Below the pieces are notes generated by a model. That model ran no database searches, had not been told where the DNA came from, and saw only the letters and a program-made list of their open reading frames with translations. A stretch of DNA of 62,467 nucleotides, counting the filler, from Choristocarpus tenellus KU-1152 (taxonomy: Eukaryota; Protista; Phaeophyceae), in assembly GCA_964200185.2 (NCBI GenBank). It is 11 parts of 11 records of this genome, joined end to end, with 100 filler letters (N's around TTAATTAATTAA, not from the genome) between each part and the next. Parts side by side here need not be neighbours in the genome. Positions count along the whole stretch, not along the records: positions 1 to 11,155 come from CAXNAD020002477.1; positions 11,256 to 16,090 come from CAXNAD020012878.1; 9 more parts are not named here. One strand, written 5' to 3'. This document shows positions 1-14,353 of the stretch, in pieces. The position numbers were made by a program, and so were the translations under genes. How positions within the stretch are numbered: the first letter of the stretch is position 1; the number at the start of each line of letters is the position of its first letter.

Positions 1-354
1 CTCACAAACCACCCCCCCCCCCCAAGATACTTTGACCCTTACATTGTAGTTGAATCTGTATTTGCAACAATGGACTAGCAAGTAAGAATCCTGGCACTTT
101 CTTAAAGTGGCCCCTTGGGATAGATATCTGCTGATGGGGTTACTTCAATGGAAACTCATGACTATGAAGTGTGCACACATTACTTCTCATATATGTATAG
201 CCTAGAGAGTCAAGGAAACTTGCGCGGGCTGGGCTTTGTGGCACTTGTGAGGGACCTTTCAACCAAGAATGCTGGAACAAACTTACAATGAGTGGAAAGG
301 GAAATTTCAAATTCTCAGGGACATTTGCATTCATGGATCGTTGCACTGATACAG

Positions 355-764
355 GGTAATGACAGCTGTCTTACGTTTGGAGTGGTTTCTAATCCTTTGA
401 GAGCCCTTGAGGGGGTGATGAGGGCATTGTATCGGCCAGCCCTGGCGAGTCAGGAGGCACGACTCTGGGGCAAGGCACCAGCTGACAATGTTCATGAGTT
501 CATGGTGGGACTGGATATCTTTGTTGAGAATCTACAGGTGATTCTTGAACCTTCCTGCCGTTGACCACCTTCTGCAATGTGCTGAATGTGCAGTGGTTTG
601 CTAATGCGACTGAGTGAAGCAGGGATGAGATCCAATCCTCCAGGAAAGTTCAATTATGAACTTTTCCTCCCAAAAAAAGAAACCTGGTACCATACTAATT
701 CGACATGGGGGGATTGTTACTACTGATTGTTGCTATTGCTATCACTATTATTTTATCATTACTA

Positions 765-796
<32 letters not shown>

Positions 797-3700
797 ATGT
801 TAATATCACTAATGATATTTTTAGTAGTAAGGAACAAATAGGTGGCCACACGACAATAACTTTTGAAATTATGGCTCAATCAGGTTAAAAAAACATGTGA
901 GGTCATCAGTGAGGGTAAGGGGCACCTGGTGGTATGAACAGAAGATCGAATTTTGATAGGTAGCACATGGTATGAAGATATTGCTGGTGTTTTGAGATGG
1001 ATGGGATGTGATGAGACTTACACATCGCTAGGAAAGGCAGTGATATTTCAAAGTTAACCACGAGGAAGAAGGCATGACCTGAGATTGTATGGTGCAACAC
1101 TTGTGTGGGTATAGGTGGTACTAAAGGGAGTGATACTGGACTAAAGAAAAATAATATATACTGCCAGGGTAGAATTGACGTACTTTGGAATATTTGACTT
1201 ACAAGGCACGAAAAGCAAAGAGAGGACAGAGATTTTACCATTACTATTACCATTTTACTATTACTCTTACTTTTACTCATACTTTTACTTTTACTGTTAC
1301 TATTGTTATTGTTATTGTTATTGTTATTGTTATTACTATTACTATTACTATTAATACTGTTACTACTATTTCTATTCCTGTTCCTACTACTATTGTTATT
1401 ACTGCTACTATTACTATTACTGCTACTATTACTACTACTATTACTATTAATACTGTTATTACTATTACTATTGCTATCACTATTACTATTACCATTGCTA
1501 TTATATCTAATTTTGCTATAATTATTTCATTTCTGCTGCTTTTATTAGAGTGACACTACTGAAAAAAGTCTATTTGTGTCCTTTTGAATACAGGGTCTAA
1601 TGAGTCAAAGTATCTTAGAGCGTAGAGTCGTGTCCGTTTGGGAACCAAAATCCATTGTTGCGATTTTGATGCAATTTTGGCTATCGTGTTTGTTAGGAAC
1701 TGTCAATACCTTGTTCCTGACACACCTTTTCATAGTTCTGTACATTATACCTACCCCACAACGTATACATTTTACCTATTCCGAAACATTTTGGAATAGG
1801 AAAATGTCATTAAAAAAAACGTGGGAAGCCAAGCCCCAAATGGACAAACAGGGCAAAACTTTTACCCTCTAAGATACTTTGACTCAATATGTTCTGCCTG
1901 ATAACCATTCCCATGTCTGAAAAGCAGCCACCTTCTCTTAGGAAGTTGTGACTGCAGAAGAAATTACCAACTTCCATCCACATTTGTGCGAGCCAGCCCT
2001 TCATAGTGCTAGTAGAGTAGCACATTGACAAGAAGACGGTCATAGTGGATACAAAACCTCAACAACAACACCCTCTAATAAATGGTGGACCTTGCTATTT
2101 GCACCACTATAGCTAATTACTAAATCTACTATTACAATTTTTACACTAAAATGTTATTATTATTATCGCTACAACTACTACCACCACTAACATTTCTACT
2201 GCTAACACAGACCTCAATAAGTAATTGAGATTAATCTGATCTGCTTTGACCTGGGGTAAGGTGTAGTAAAAATAGAGAAATACTGAATATTACAAATGGG
2301 TATACATTGTAGCACAAAGTACCCTTTGACATCTCCAATATTGCTTGAAAATAAAATTCGGCCTCACAGTACGACTTGAATGTGATCATTCATCCACAGG
2401 AAACGATTAACAACCTCGATGGTGGTCTCGAGTTACGGAAGCCGGAGGAGCAGCATGAGCATCCCGGGCCTTGGACAGGGGGGGCAGCAACGGATCCAGA
2501 GGTCGTGAGTCGCTACATGGGCCTGTTGGAAGAGTGGTGCTTGAAGATACAAGCATATCTAGACGACAGGTGATAAGTGGATCAGTTATCATCCCCACAT
2601 TGATGAGGTTGCAAGACAGAAGGACAAATCACTACTCAATGTAATGTTCAAAGGTTCACACTATTTTGGAACTCATCCGTTGACAATGTTAGGTTCAGGG
2701 AGTGATGAAGGATTAGAGGTTAGGGTTAAGGATTAGGGTTAGAGGAACAGTGTGCAACAAAATAATTACTCTGGAGGAGGATGTACACACACTTAACTAT
2801 ATTCACGCCAAAAGGGTGATCCCTATGTTACTTTGAGCCTACATAATACATTTTTGATGCAATGTCCCCTCCTTGTCAATGTCAGCATTCTTGGTATTGT
2901 CGCTCCCAAGGGTATATGAACTAAATGATTTAGATAATCTATGTTATAATGCTATGTCATATGATGTCGGCCAGTGCTGTCAAGACAGTCAGAAGCAACC
3001 TTGCGATCCAAGTAGGTACTTGGTACTGTGGAAACAGTCCACATCCCCAGAAAGATGGTAGCAGGCTTCAAGAAAAAGTATCCTTGAATTAGTACGGAGG
3101 GAAATGGTAATCATGATTACTATCTCACTATCTAGTCATTATTTTTAGATTTTATTTTCGGGAAATTTTGCTTACTCGGTTAGCTCTGATTACAACTATC
3201 CCATTCTACATGTAGTGTTTACTTCTGATGACGTAATGACCCGAAGTATCTGGGGCGGGGGTGGGGTCTACAACAGGGTGTCCATTGGGACCGAAATCAG
3301 GAAAAGTGCACTTACATTATCCATCCGACATATGCAACCAAATCACACAAAAATCACGACATGAAAAAAATTACCCCAAATGGACAGCCGCCACCCCTCC
3401 AAGATACTTTGAGCCAATAGAGTAACGGTCTATGGATTGAGCTTCAATTTGGTGTAACACTTGGCCCATATCTCTAAATATTCACCTGTTGGCGTCCACA
3501 TGAAATTTGGGGCGTTCTTTTTGCAAGTCCTGATAGATCTCAGTTTTTCTAGCTCTCAGAAGGACACTGAAGAAGACCATACTTGGTCATAAGGGAGAAA
3601 AGGAGTAGACAAACAACTTCTATTTTTCTATGTAACTCAAAGCCAATCTTGAGTACTCAACACCCCAAGCAAGGAGTCCCATGATCACATATAGTAAGCA

Positions 3701-6700
3701 AGAGATTGAGAAGGTTGGCCTCGGGGGTACCTGCCCCCAGATAAGAGGAGGAGGCCAAGGAAAGACTAGGGAAGGGCTCGGACGACGTCAGTAAGGAAGA
3801 GATAGGTGGAGGATACCGCCAGACATAAATTTCAAGAGGTCAGGGAAGCTGATGCCAACGAGCAAATGGAGAAACTCAATATGGTCAGCTTAGAGGTTCT
3901 TTCCAAGGGGTAGGCACATGTAATGCAAGGAGGATAGAAACCAGCAAGTAGACTGTGGCAAGCTGGTTACCCATCCCCAGATTGAGATGACAAAATACAT
4001 CCAAGACAGAGGACAACGTATTGGAGGGAGACATATTCAACCTGAGAACAAATGTTCTGGATGATGAGCTAAAAGAAATGGAAGAGTTAGTTAGATCAAT
4101 GGATGCTGTAGAGGGGGGAATAGATGAGATTTCGCAAGAGGATTACGAGGTGAAGCTCATGGTGGAAGATGGCAACAATGAAAACATCGAAACTGACAAA
4201 TCTGATCCTGCAATTTATTAGTGCCTATCAATGGATGACCTGGCAGCACATGGACTGCTTCAATATTTTTTTCTCAAAGTGTTCTGTACTACCAACTAAA
4301 ACAATTGGAGTCATCACCATCAAATCCTCTGAATCCTGTGTATGTCGGCATTCCAATGATATATATTTCGCGTTATGAACAGGTGAAGCACTCATGTAGA
4401 TACAAAACAACAAACAACCCCCCCCCAAAAGAATAGACACATGTACGGATAAGGCACCCTATTGGATGCTGTATTGTGAGCCAAAGGTCTTACTATAGCT
4501 TGATCGATGCTTTAGGACATCTGCTTTTATTCAATACATATTTCATGTGATGAATAGACCTTTTGCAGAGATCATAGTGGTTTGAATGCCTCCAATCTAC
4601 TATGCGAGACTGAAGCATTTTCTCCAAATTAGACCTAAAACGGTACGTATCTTGGTTTCCAAACGGCATTAGGACCTCAAACCAACTTCTTGAGATCTTG
4701 ATTCCCCCATTGATTTCGACCATGTTTTTTTTCTTGTCCAACTTGAACGATTCTGGCGGACATTTCGAAAGTTTTGAATACTACTTCCCTAGGTAGTAGT
4801 GTAACAGAGACATTGAAAACAAGCTATATTCCACTTGGTCGCACCAAGAAGTGAACTCAGAACAAAAAACGGAACAGAGTTTGCAGATTTGAGCCAAACC
4901 AATTGAGAGGTAGGCAGGCAGGTTTGGGCCCCTTTTTGCATTTTATGCCATCTTTGCTAGCCTGTGAAATACCCCCTATTTCATAGATCAATTTTTACAA
5001 CAAAATATCCAAAATTCATATTCCCCCTTCACACAAACCAGGTTTCACCACAATTCAGCAAAGGTTCTTTCTGTAGTTGCCAAATCTCGAGATCCTTATA
5101 ATGCAACTGGCCTGCCTCTCAATACCTTTGTCTTATTTTTGCTTTGACACAATCAGCCCAACATCAGTGGGATGCATGCTGCAATGACGTTTGGATGTCA
5201 CTCTTTGAGAGAAAATTCTAACTGTGCTTGCTTGAGCGTCAGTCCTTTCCTTGATGTATCTTGACAGCTACTACTACTCTTCTTAGTTGTACTCCTCACA
5301 GATTCTACAAATATTGTCCCAGAGAGTACCAACCTATCTCCTTGGTTTAATCGGGACATGAAAAAATTGACCCCAAGTGGACTGCCGCCAACCCCCACTA
5401 GATACTTTGAACCTTGAGGGGTCAGAGTCCTTGTATGAATTTCAACGCATCAGCAAGTTGAATGGCATTTAAGTAGCGAGGAGTATATCGGATTGGATGA
5501 ATATTCCCTGCAATAGCCATTACCACCTTGCCCTTGACGACTTCTATTTTGTGTTTTCTTCCAGCTTTTCCGCTCCAACCAACTAAAACCTGCTGTAACA
5601 TAGCCTCCACAGACTCTTGATCGTACTCATTCAATCATTTCAGTTTCATGTGTTGCATGCCCTGCTTTTCTCCATGTGCAGTACCTCTTGTCAATGCCTA
5701 CAAAAATTCCAATGCTGTTCATTGCAGTGAGTTCCACTTGTTGAAATTTTATGATTAGTGGGGAGTCCTTTCAATCGGACTTTGACTGACATTGTCAATA
5801 GCTTAGTTGGGTGCGAGGTTGCCATTTTTGTTTCATAGTTTGAAGTATGAAAGTTGAGCTGCCGTTCCTTGTTAAGTCAAGTTCTGAAGCCTTTTCATCG
5901 GACAGGAAAAAAGTAAGAGCAATACATTTTACTGTTCATCGTAATGGGGCCTTTTGCGAGCCTACAACACGCTGTTAGTGACATTGTTCCAATTCCATTC
6001 ACACCAAGTATTCAGTAGTTTAAGGCATACTTTAATTTCAAATCAATGAAGTTGTAACGTTGAGCTTCTCCCACCAACCCATGCAAATGTTGTTTGAAAT
6101 GCACTGCTCTGCTAGAACCCGCCCTAAGGATCCCGCTATGATATCCCTTTATCCTCCTACACTTGCGCATCTGACAACAGTTCCAGTATAGAAAAAGTCG
6201 ATTCAGGACCAGACACGGAGCTGGAGTACTGGCGAAGGCGTACCCAGCGTCTTACCAATGTAACTGAACAGCTCAAGACAAAGGGATGCAAGACTGTTAT
6301 TGGAGTCCTCCAGCAGGTATAAATTGTTGATCATGTTGCTTGGAGTTTATAATTTGAGTTGTACAAGCAGGTGCTGATTGAGGATGATTACGTCACCTTT
6401 GCTTTTCTTGAAGCTCAAACGTGTGTATGACCTTGAACTTGTGGGAGTATCCTTTACGTTTTCCCCGCTGCTAAAATATTTAAGGGTATTTCAGGAAGGT
6501 GACAATCCCTTGCTTGTTATGCAGCTTGTGGAGGCAAGTATCACATACTTACAAGGGTTTGATAGGTATCCTGATCATAGTACCACATAATCCAGAGTAA
6601 TATGGAGTTGGCATTACCAACAGTTCTAGCTGGTGCCTTCCTCTCTCACACAAAAAGAACAACATACTTAGATCTTTTGAACCAACAAAATAGAGTTCTG

Positions 6701-9700
6701 ACCTATACCAAGTTTGGGGATATACTTGGCCTGAAGAGTACAAAATATCTTCCCCTAGGTTCTTTCCCCTGTTGGTTCCTGCCGTCCCACTAGGAAGGGT
6801 ATCACCACAACTCTTTCGAAATCTGAAGGCAAAGCAAGTATATTTTTGTATCACAGGGTCATTGGGAGTAAAAGGTGGGACTGAGAAGGCACTTTTCCCA
6901 AAACTAAGATGGCCTTGTGTAACCAAGATACTCAATACTAATCTCAAACTTCTACCCAGTGTGATTCACATACCTGCTAGTTCCTTTGCCTAACGCAATT
7001 TCATCACAACGACATGTAATCATACGTTTAGACCTCACAGTTTGCGGCTACTGAAGCAGAATCTTCATGAAGCCCGATGTGAGGGCCGTGTCCTCTTCAA
7101 ATTGGTATACCCTTGAAGTAATAGGACTCATTGGCATGATAGTTTGAATGTTGCCAATGCCTTCTTGATATATCCGTTACCCTTTTGAAGAATTATCCCA
7201 AATATTTTCGCAACATGGGGTCCAGGGCTCAAATCAGGGTGGCACTAGACAAGAAGTTCTGCCTCACACTCATTATCTCTCCTGTGTGTGCACCTACCAA
7301 TGCTTAGGTAACGAGGCAACCAGAGGATATATTGATTGACCGTCAGAGAGTGTTCACTCTTGTGAAACAGTGGAAGAAAATCGACATTGACATCACTGAG
7401 GCTGCAAATGAGGCCAAGGATAATGCCAAGGTAGGGGCAGCATACTACAAAAAATATTTGTGCTTGGTGACAAGAGGGAAGACTTCATCACAGGCACAAT
7501 ATATTGTGTTGGCTTCACAAAATACACATGTCACCCCACCAGCGTAATTTTCGTTCTGACTTGCAAGTTGCTTACCTTCCCCAATCTTGGCACTGCAGAT
7601 AGCATTTGCACTCATGTTAGGAAGATACCACAACAGAAACAGAAGGCAATTGCAAGGGTAGGTGAACCAAACTGTTTCAGAAGGAAGTTATATAGCCCAT
7701 GTAATAATAAGTAGTTCAAATTATTCTGGAGCAATTGACAGGTGGAACTCTCTCCATGAGAACAAAAATTGCTACGTTGCCTACTGTGTATTACAATTAA
7801 AAACTTAGAGCACTGGTTAAGCTAAGTTGCTATGTTGCATTCATTTCTTGAGCACTTCTTTGGACCTGATATGAACAGCTATCAACCTTCATCTGATTAT
7901 ATCGCAATCTTTGTATGTGTACCTTTCCTACCATGTCTAGTACCTAGCAACTCTTGAACGCTTCCTAGAGCCACTGTCCAGTGGGAATCTGGACAACATA
8001 CTTGAGATTATCCCGGGACTGATGAATGCGGTTAAGATGATACACACAATTGCCAGGTATGATATCCTTCCATTATGTTTCGAAGGATGCCTGATCATAG
8101 GACGAGTGGCACTAGAGTTATTCATGTGCAACTATAGCACTGTTGACCCAGCGCTGTTTCCACCACCTTCAGTACCCTCCCCACACATCCTGGGGTTAGC
8201 CATTAAACTCTTCATTTTGTTGCAATAAGCAGGCACTGTACAGTGTAACCCCCAAACCTTGATGCCATCATGGTGAGTGAACGTATCTTAGAGGGTACGA
8301 GTTTTGCTCTGTTTGTCCATTTGGGGCTTGACTTCCCTCAGGGTCTTTATGACACTTTCCCACTCCAAAATAATTTCGGAGTAGGTAAAATGAGTACGTT
8401 ATGAAAACGTGTGTCCGGAACAAGGTTATTGACACTTCCTAAAAAATACGATAACCAAAATTACATCAAAATCGTAACATTGGGTTTTGACTCCCAATTG
8501 GACGCGGCTCTACCCTCTAAGATATTTTGGCTCTGGTTGCTCTCAAATTGCAACAGCTTATCGAGGGCAATGCATGGATAATGCCCACTCCTTGACTCAA
8601 CTTACCATACTGCTTGCTAGTAATGGTAATGGTGGACCGCCCAGTCAAAGAAATGATCTGTAATAGGCGACCCCTTCACATCCAGGAGAGCATAGAACAT
8701 CTTCTTTCACTCTACTGTTGAAGAACAGGTATTTCAACACTACCGAAAGGATGACGAAGCTCATTATGAAAATAAGCAACCAGCTCATTTCCAGCTGCAA
8801 GATAGCCATCAACGGGTGGGATGTACCAGACAAGATATGGGACCGGGATCCAGGTCCATTGCTTGAAGTCCTAGAGCAGACGCTAAGGTACATTTCCTGG
8901 CTTGATTAAAACGATATTAATGGAAGGTTTCTCTGTCAAACTATGGTGAAGTGGGAAGGACATCACTAGGAGGAATTTACTATAGATGATACTTTTCGAT
9001 CATGAAAATCAACACCCACTTTCTACCCTTAGCAGATGCAATACATCATCACTTATTGTGTTGCAACATCCCTCAACCTTGTGTAGGCTGAACGAGAAAT
9101 ATCAGGAGCAGTACCAGATAGCCAAGGACAGACTTCTCGCAACTCCAAAGGGAAGGCAATTTGATTTTAGTGAGGCACAGATTTTTGGGAGGTGAGAACC
9201 TAGGTTAGCATATGTGAAGTAGAATAATATAGTTTTAGTGCAAAGTATATTGCAATAAACAGGCTTGTGATTCTTCTTAGATTTATGTATTCCAAGGACG
9301 CTAGGTATCTTGATTTCTTGCGTTAGTACTCCAATATTTCTGTGGCACAGAGGACCACAGATTACATAAGAAGCTAGAAACAGTACTTTCGACTTTCTCT
9401 CAAAAATTTTATCCTGATGAAGTAGACACCTGCAGTTCAATGGTCTTGTACAGAAAGTATCATCTTTCTTCTACTGTGCTTTGGATAGCTAAAATATTGG
9501 AGGAGGGTGATATGGAAAGACTTGCCATTCTCTTTTACTGTGTGTGTGTACCAGTTGGTTCTGGCGCTGAGCTCCCACTGCAAGGTGCAGGGGTTGAGAA
9601 TTTACTCTCCACTTGATAGTTGACAATTTAATAGTTTATTGACCAAATTACATTCAGTATGGTGCACCGTTTTTTTTTGTCGGATGACAATCGAACTGTG

Positions 9701-10739
9701 CTCTCAGTGCCTAATGCACTATTATTTTTCTTGGAATTTTGCTCTGAGGTGAAAGGTTTGACCTTTTCTCCCGGAGGGTCATCAAGCTCATTGATCTGTT
9801 TAGCACGATCCATCAATTCAAGTCGCTCGATCAAGTGAGTGGCCTTTTCTCTGACCGAAATATGTATGGACAGTGTAGAGTGCCAGGCATTTGGGGTGTG
9901 TTACATTTTACAATTCTCTCTTGAGCATTGCCAATGCCAAGGTGGCACCTGTGACATTCTAAGCACTATTTAAGATCTGACGGCTACTAAAGACAATTAA
10001 GATGCATGGCAACAGAGATGTGAGTAAGAATAATCAACCATGTTGCCTCCACCATTGCGGAACTGCATGATAAGTGGTGATTCTTAGTATGACAACAGTG
10101 GCGTTTCATATTGAGTATTTTCTTCCTTCCTCTGTCCACATCAACAGGCTAGAATAGATGGCATGGATCATTTGACCGAGAGCTTCAAGACTATTCTGAT
10201 GGCTTTCCGCTGCAAGGGTCACAACCTTCTTGACTACCATAGCAACCGTTTTGACAGAGATTTCGTGGATTTTAACCTGAGGTACGCTGATATGTGGGAT
10301 CTACTCAAGTGAAACAGATCTACACCGGCTGCTTTAGTGCACTATCGGAGAAGTTAAAATAGTTTACGAAACGTAAACCCCAACTGAACAGTTCAGTTTA
10401 TCCTGAAAAACGCCATGTAAGGGGTTAGCTGATGAGCAGTACTGACTTCCTGAGATGCCATACGTGCTCCGCTTAATGTGTTATTGTATTGGTCGTCATC
10501 CTCAACGACAAGCCCCTGTGTCAAGACATGACTCTCCCTTCATGGTTAAATGGCCCCATTCCCTGGTGATATGGTTTCTGTGCCATGAGAACAGCGTGGT
10601 AGACCTGGAGGAGGAGCTCCAGAATTTCATGAACAGATCCTTTGAGAGCTTAGCCTCCATTGAGGAGTCCCTAGCCTTGCTGAAAACATACCAAGGAATC
10701 CTTCAGAGAGAAGCCATGCGGCAAGATCTTAATTCTAAG
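355..10739 (+). CDS. Axonemal dynein heavy chain, N-terminal tail (DHC_N1), outer-arm gamma / DNAH5-DNAH8-like; partial at both ends
   Basis: Ten phase-consistent AG/GT-bounded exons: 355-537, 2400-2569, 6181-6316, 7308-7430, 7941-8056, 8729-8887, 9087-9191, 9756-9834, 10148-10281, 10595-10739. The spliced protein has GPDTELEYWRRR, ITEAANEAKDNAKYL, RYFNTTERMTKL, QFDFSEAQIFGRFDLF and LLDYHSNRFDRDFVDF, typical of DNAH5/8-type tails. Confidence 0.93.
1240..1520. repeat. Degenerate (ATT/ACT/GTT)n trinucleotide microsatellite in dynein intron 1
   Basis: Long run of attact/attgtt/actact units; a similar tract lies at ~715-810. Confidence 0.9.
1602..1885. mobile_element. MITE family A copy
   Basis: TIRs GAGTCAAAGTATCTTAGAG...CTCTAAGATACTTTGACTC; flanked by AAT/AAT (3-bp TSD); internal sequence shared with 8 other copies. 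Confidence 0.9.
3238..3415. mobile_element. MITE family B copy (poly-G subterminal tracts, TIR core shared with family A)
   Basis: gacccgaagtatctgggg...ccaagatactttgagcc; AAT on both flanks; reverse-complement homologue at 61251-61428. Confidence 0.85.
4440..4760 (-). mobile_element. Possible highly decayed piggyBac-like transposase fragment
   Basis: Minus-strand SIDQAIVRP resembles the piggyBac SIDE-M motif; a second candidate at ~6600-6960 (GTAGTNRG resembling GT-R-NR). Many stops and frameshifts. Confidence 0.25.
5355..5413. mobile_element. MITE family B terminal fragment
   Basis: gacatgaaaaaattgaccccaagtggactgccgcc...agatactttgaacc matches the right end of the 3238-3415 copy. Confidence 0.75.
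8275..8533. mobile_element. MITE family A copy (opposite orientation)
   Basis: gagtgaacgtatcttagag...ctctaagatattttggctc; 4-bp TSD TGGT/TGGT. Confidence 0.9.
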
Positions 10740-11085
10740 GTTGGTCTCCAGTGCAAGTACTATCCTTGGTGAACTGAACATGAGAGTTGACTGACAACTT
10801 TGAAGAAATCGATGTGCCATGACTTGAAATTGAATCCTTAGAATATTCATGAGTGAGATCATGAGTGCATGAGGTTCCTGCTCTGACATCTTGGTATGTG
10901 AGAAAGAGTAATACTTAAGGCTGTGCTCACTGCTGATAACAAATCACCTGGCACATCTTGAAGCTAACGAACAAACTATCTATTGTGTTGCAGATCTTTG
11001 TTTTTAAGTTGTAGAAGAACATGGAAGAGGCCAATCAATTCCAACAACTTGGCAAGACCGTTTGCAACAGCTCTCATGGCTCTAT

Positions 11086-11155
11086 GGCTCAAAGTATCTG
11101 GGAGGGGGTGGCGGCTGTCCATTTGGGGTCAATTTTTTCATGTCGTGATTTTGGG
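11086..11155. mobile_element. MITE family B end, truncated by contig end
   Basis: ggctcaaagtatctgggagggggtggcggctgtccatttggggtcaattttttcatgtcgtg runs into the N linker. Equivalent family-B-type ends at 1-38, 20028-20103, 41235-41268, 46525-46560, 52012-52057 and internally at 20852-20900. Confidence 0.85.
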
Positions 11156-11255
11156 NNNNNNNNNNNNNNNNNNNNNNNNNNNNNNNNNNNNNNNNNNNNT
11201 TAATTAATTAANNNNNNNNNNNNNNNNNNNNNNNNNNNNNNNNNNNNNNNNNNNN
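11156..11255. other. Artificial contig linker N44-TTAATTAATTAA-N44 (six-frame stop spacer)
   Basis: Identical 100-nt linkers at 11156, 16091, 20104, 26287, 37657, 41083, 46383, 49013, 51877 and 56835; a separate 10-N scaffold gap at 55250-55259. Confidence 0.99.
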
Positions 11256-12099
11256 CAAACCCCCCTCCCCCCCCCCCCCCCCCCCCACTGCATCTATATT
11301 TTCTTGCTCCATCTCCTTGCAGCTACTGAAGCAGCGCTAGGCGTAATTCAAATTAGAGTATCAGCAGAGGGAGCTAGAGCAAGCTAGATGCATTCAGTGA
11401 ATATGCCCCAGAATTTTCTTTCATTCCTCTTAATGTGAAATGACTATAAAGCACTATAGATAGGCTCATGGTGTAAAAGCTGAAAGCATCTACCTTTGAG
11501 GTTGATAAGGTTTTTCTGATAGGATTTAGAAAAGAAGGGAAAAAGAAGGTCCCAGAAAGATAGAAGTATTTTGTGGGTTGCTTAGGGTTAGGGGATGGCT
11601 CATGGAGGGGCTCTGCCGTGTGGCTGAAACAGTGAGAAGTCCAAGCAGTGTCAAGATACACCCTTTGCTGCCAGGGATTAAACATCCAACAACCAAACGC
11701 ATGATTATCTTCACATGCACGGAATATATGTATGAACCAATTCGAGAAAGTTAAGTAGAGATTGGATCTATTCATGAACAAAAAAGGCACACTGCCTAGT
11801 CACCCCGTACCTGTTAACCCACTCCTCACTATACTTTGAGTCAACACTGCTTCTGAGTGTGAAAAAAGTGGACTGAACAACATCAGCTTGCCACCCTCAC
11901 CTCGAAGCTCATGGTGGAGCGGCCTTTTGGATAGTCGACAGGGCTTGTCTCTCCCAGAACTATCTGGTGCCTTGTGTGCACTGAGTCCACCACAAACTGG
12001 TAAGTTTTCCACACACAGAGAGGGAGGTGGAGTCACTAGTGCTGTTTCACTGTGGAAAACAAGCAAGACTTTGTGAATATATTTTGCTCTAACGGCATG

Positions 12100-12750
12100 A
12101 TAGCATGATGCCAATCCGATTGTCTTGGGTAGGATCAGCAGGCGGTGAGAAAAAATATTCTGACAAATTTGTCATGTAGGCACTTCCACCAAAAACCAGG
12201 TCATTGGTTACAGCCCACGCATTGACATGGAAATCCGAACACAATCAGCCATACAAGCGAATCGACTTTGGTAGGGTAAGCGGCAAAGATATATGACTGG
12301 TTACGGTTACCTTACACTAGTGGATCTATTATTGCGAGCACAGGACAAAATGTAACGATACTGGATGGATTATAGCTTACATCAATTCAGGTAACGGTTG
12401 AGCTATAAGCCTAAGTTGAGTTGAAGCAACACAGGCGTGTACTGGCATGATATACCGCCGTGTACCATTTATTAAGGACACTTGTATTGTTTGGGGTAGA
12501 GTCCTAGACCCCTACATCGCAACCATACAACGTCCATCCTGCTCCAAAAAGGCGGCTTGAAGAGACACCAAGCGAAGAAGGCACATGCGCGTGGATAGTG
12601 GATACATCAACAGTGAAAAGCATGGAAAATTAAAATGAGTAACCAATGCACAAGTAATCATCCCAGTACGATACAGCCAACACACAATGAGCTCCCCAAC
12701 ACAACCTGGTGGGTATCTATGATGCATTTTTTCTCGCTCCCCAAGCTATG
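12100..12750 (-). mobile_element. Possible decayed Ty3/gypsy integrase remnant
   Basis: Broken minus-strand frames such as NAWAVTNDLVFGGSAY (resembles G-P--I-SD-G--F) and FWSRMDV (resembles YWP-M--DV). Weak. Confidence 0.25.
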
Positions 12751-14353
12751 ATCCCCACCTTTATCTCCCATGCTGCCGAGGATAATGGCGTACTCAGCTC
12801 AAAATCCATGGATAGCTCCAGCCTCTCTCCAACAGGACAGTTACTGGGACCACAGCCAATGCTCAACAGCTCAAGGTGTGGGGCAACCCCACTTCTATCA
12901 GAATTTTCAGCCAAACCGCTTCCCTGATCAGGATGGGTAACTGACGTAGTTGAAAAGGTTGTCTTTAAGCGGGATCCAAAAGTCTACCTGATCTCAACAC
13001 GAACCTCGGTTCTTCGCCTGTCTTCAATTGGTTTCCAATACAACCCGCTCACATATTTTCTTGTGACTTGTTAAGCACCATTGGACCTGTTACCCATATT
13101 ACAGAAGCTCCTCTGAGCTATTGAAGGGATCTGAGATGCCCGACTGTGTTCTCAGTCAACGCGTGGTATTCCAACAATGCGAGTCCCAAACTCCACTGGC
13201 TCCAAACAGCACATACCAACAAAAGGTTGCAGTTGAGTGTTTGTATTGGAATGGTAACTCGAATCAGCGCGAACTTACCTTGGCTTCGACATACTTGCAA
13301 TCGCTTTTAGCGTCCCCTCCCTTGCTGTCGGCCCCAGAGCTGGAGCTTCCCTTGGCTTGTGCGGACATGTTGAAATCATATTGACATGAACTTTGTGTAA
13401 TACCAAATTACCTATCAAGGTTAGGGATACCTCATCCAGTCGTTACACTGGTTCCGTTACGTGACAATAGAGTTGCAAGTATCATTCATCACGTTGACCG
13501 GCTGGTGGGTTTGATACTTGCAACACAGGTCGACTTTCACGGTTAGGATCTGGACAGAACCGAGAACGCGTCACTGATAGGCTAACGGTCTTACAGGAAG
13601 TGAAATACACGGGATAGATCCAAACATGCAGGTCCACGGACCAGGGGATCCCAAAAGAGGAGAGATCGAGGTATCCCATGGCAGGGTGGAATGCCGCCAT
13701 ATTTTCCTGGCTAGATAACAAGGGCGGAAAATTTTGAAGTAGGCAACTACTTCTTTTCCTCACTAGCGTGAATAAGACTGACTCGTTCATCCCGATTGTC
13801 GAATGGCATTAGATGATATTTCATAGTTTGGTCATATCCTATCCCCACCCTACCCTTCCACCCATGACACAGGCTGAGGGGTTGTGGTCTCATGGGACCG
13901 TAATCCCCACCAAGTTTCAGTCATGCTATCTGTGGAATGATGATACCGCGAGGAAAATCTGCAGTGTCAACGTGACTGACGCACACGGGTGAGAATGTGC
14001 CAATTTCCCCCTCAGAGCCCTATGATCTGCCTGTGAAGCTTGACAAAGATTGTAGACTAGAAGCATATCTTCCTTCTTCGACCAACTGAGACTTTGATGT
14101 AGGTGCCATTGCCTTATCGGAAGCGATATAACTAAGAGATCGAATGGTCACTCTGTGGGGAGTCTGATCTTCCATATGCCTCTCTCTACCTCTCTGTATT
14201 GCATATTGCTCGAAATGTTGTCGACGTCAAGTATGACCCTGGATCGTTAACATCTTGCGATCATTATATTCTCAAGTATATATTTCATATGCACTATACA
14301 CGTTTAGCTGTGTGTCTCGCTTGCAGACTCTAGTCCTGACGTATAATGTCCAG

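Noticed and set aside
1185-1553. Poly-Leu, Ile-Thr and Ile-Val ORFs as membrane proteins
   Set aside because: Translations of a trinucleotide microsatellite inside a dynein intron.
1600-1872. Family of similar short ORFs (YPLRYF, QMDKQGK) at many loci
   Set aside because: They are translations of non-coding MITE family A copies.
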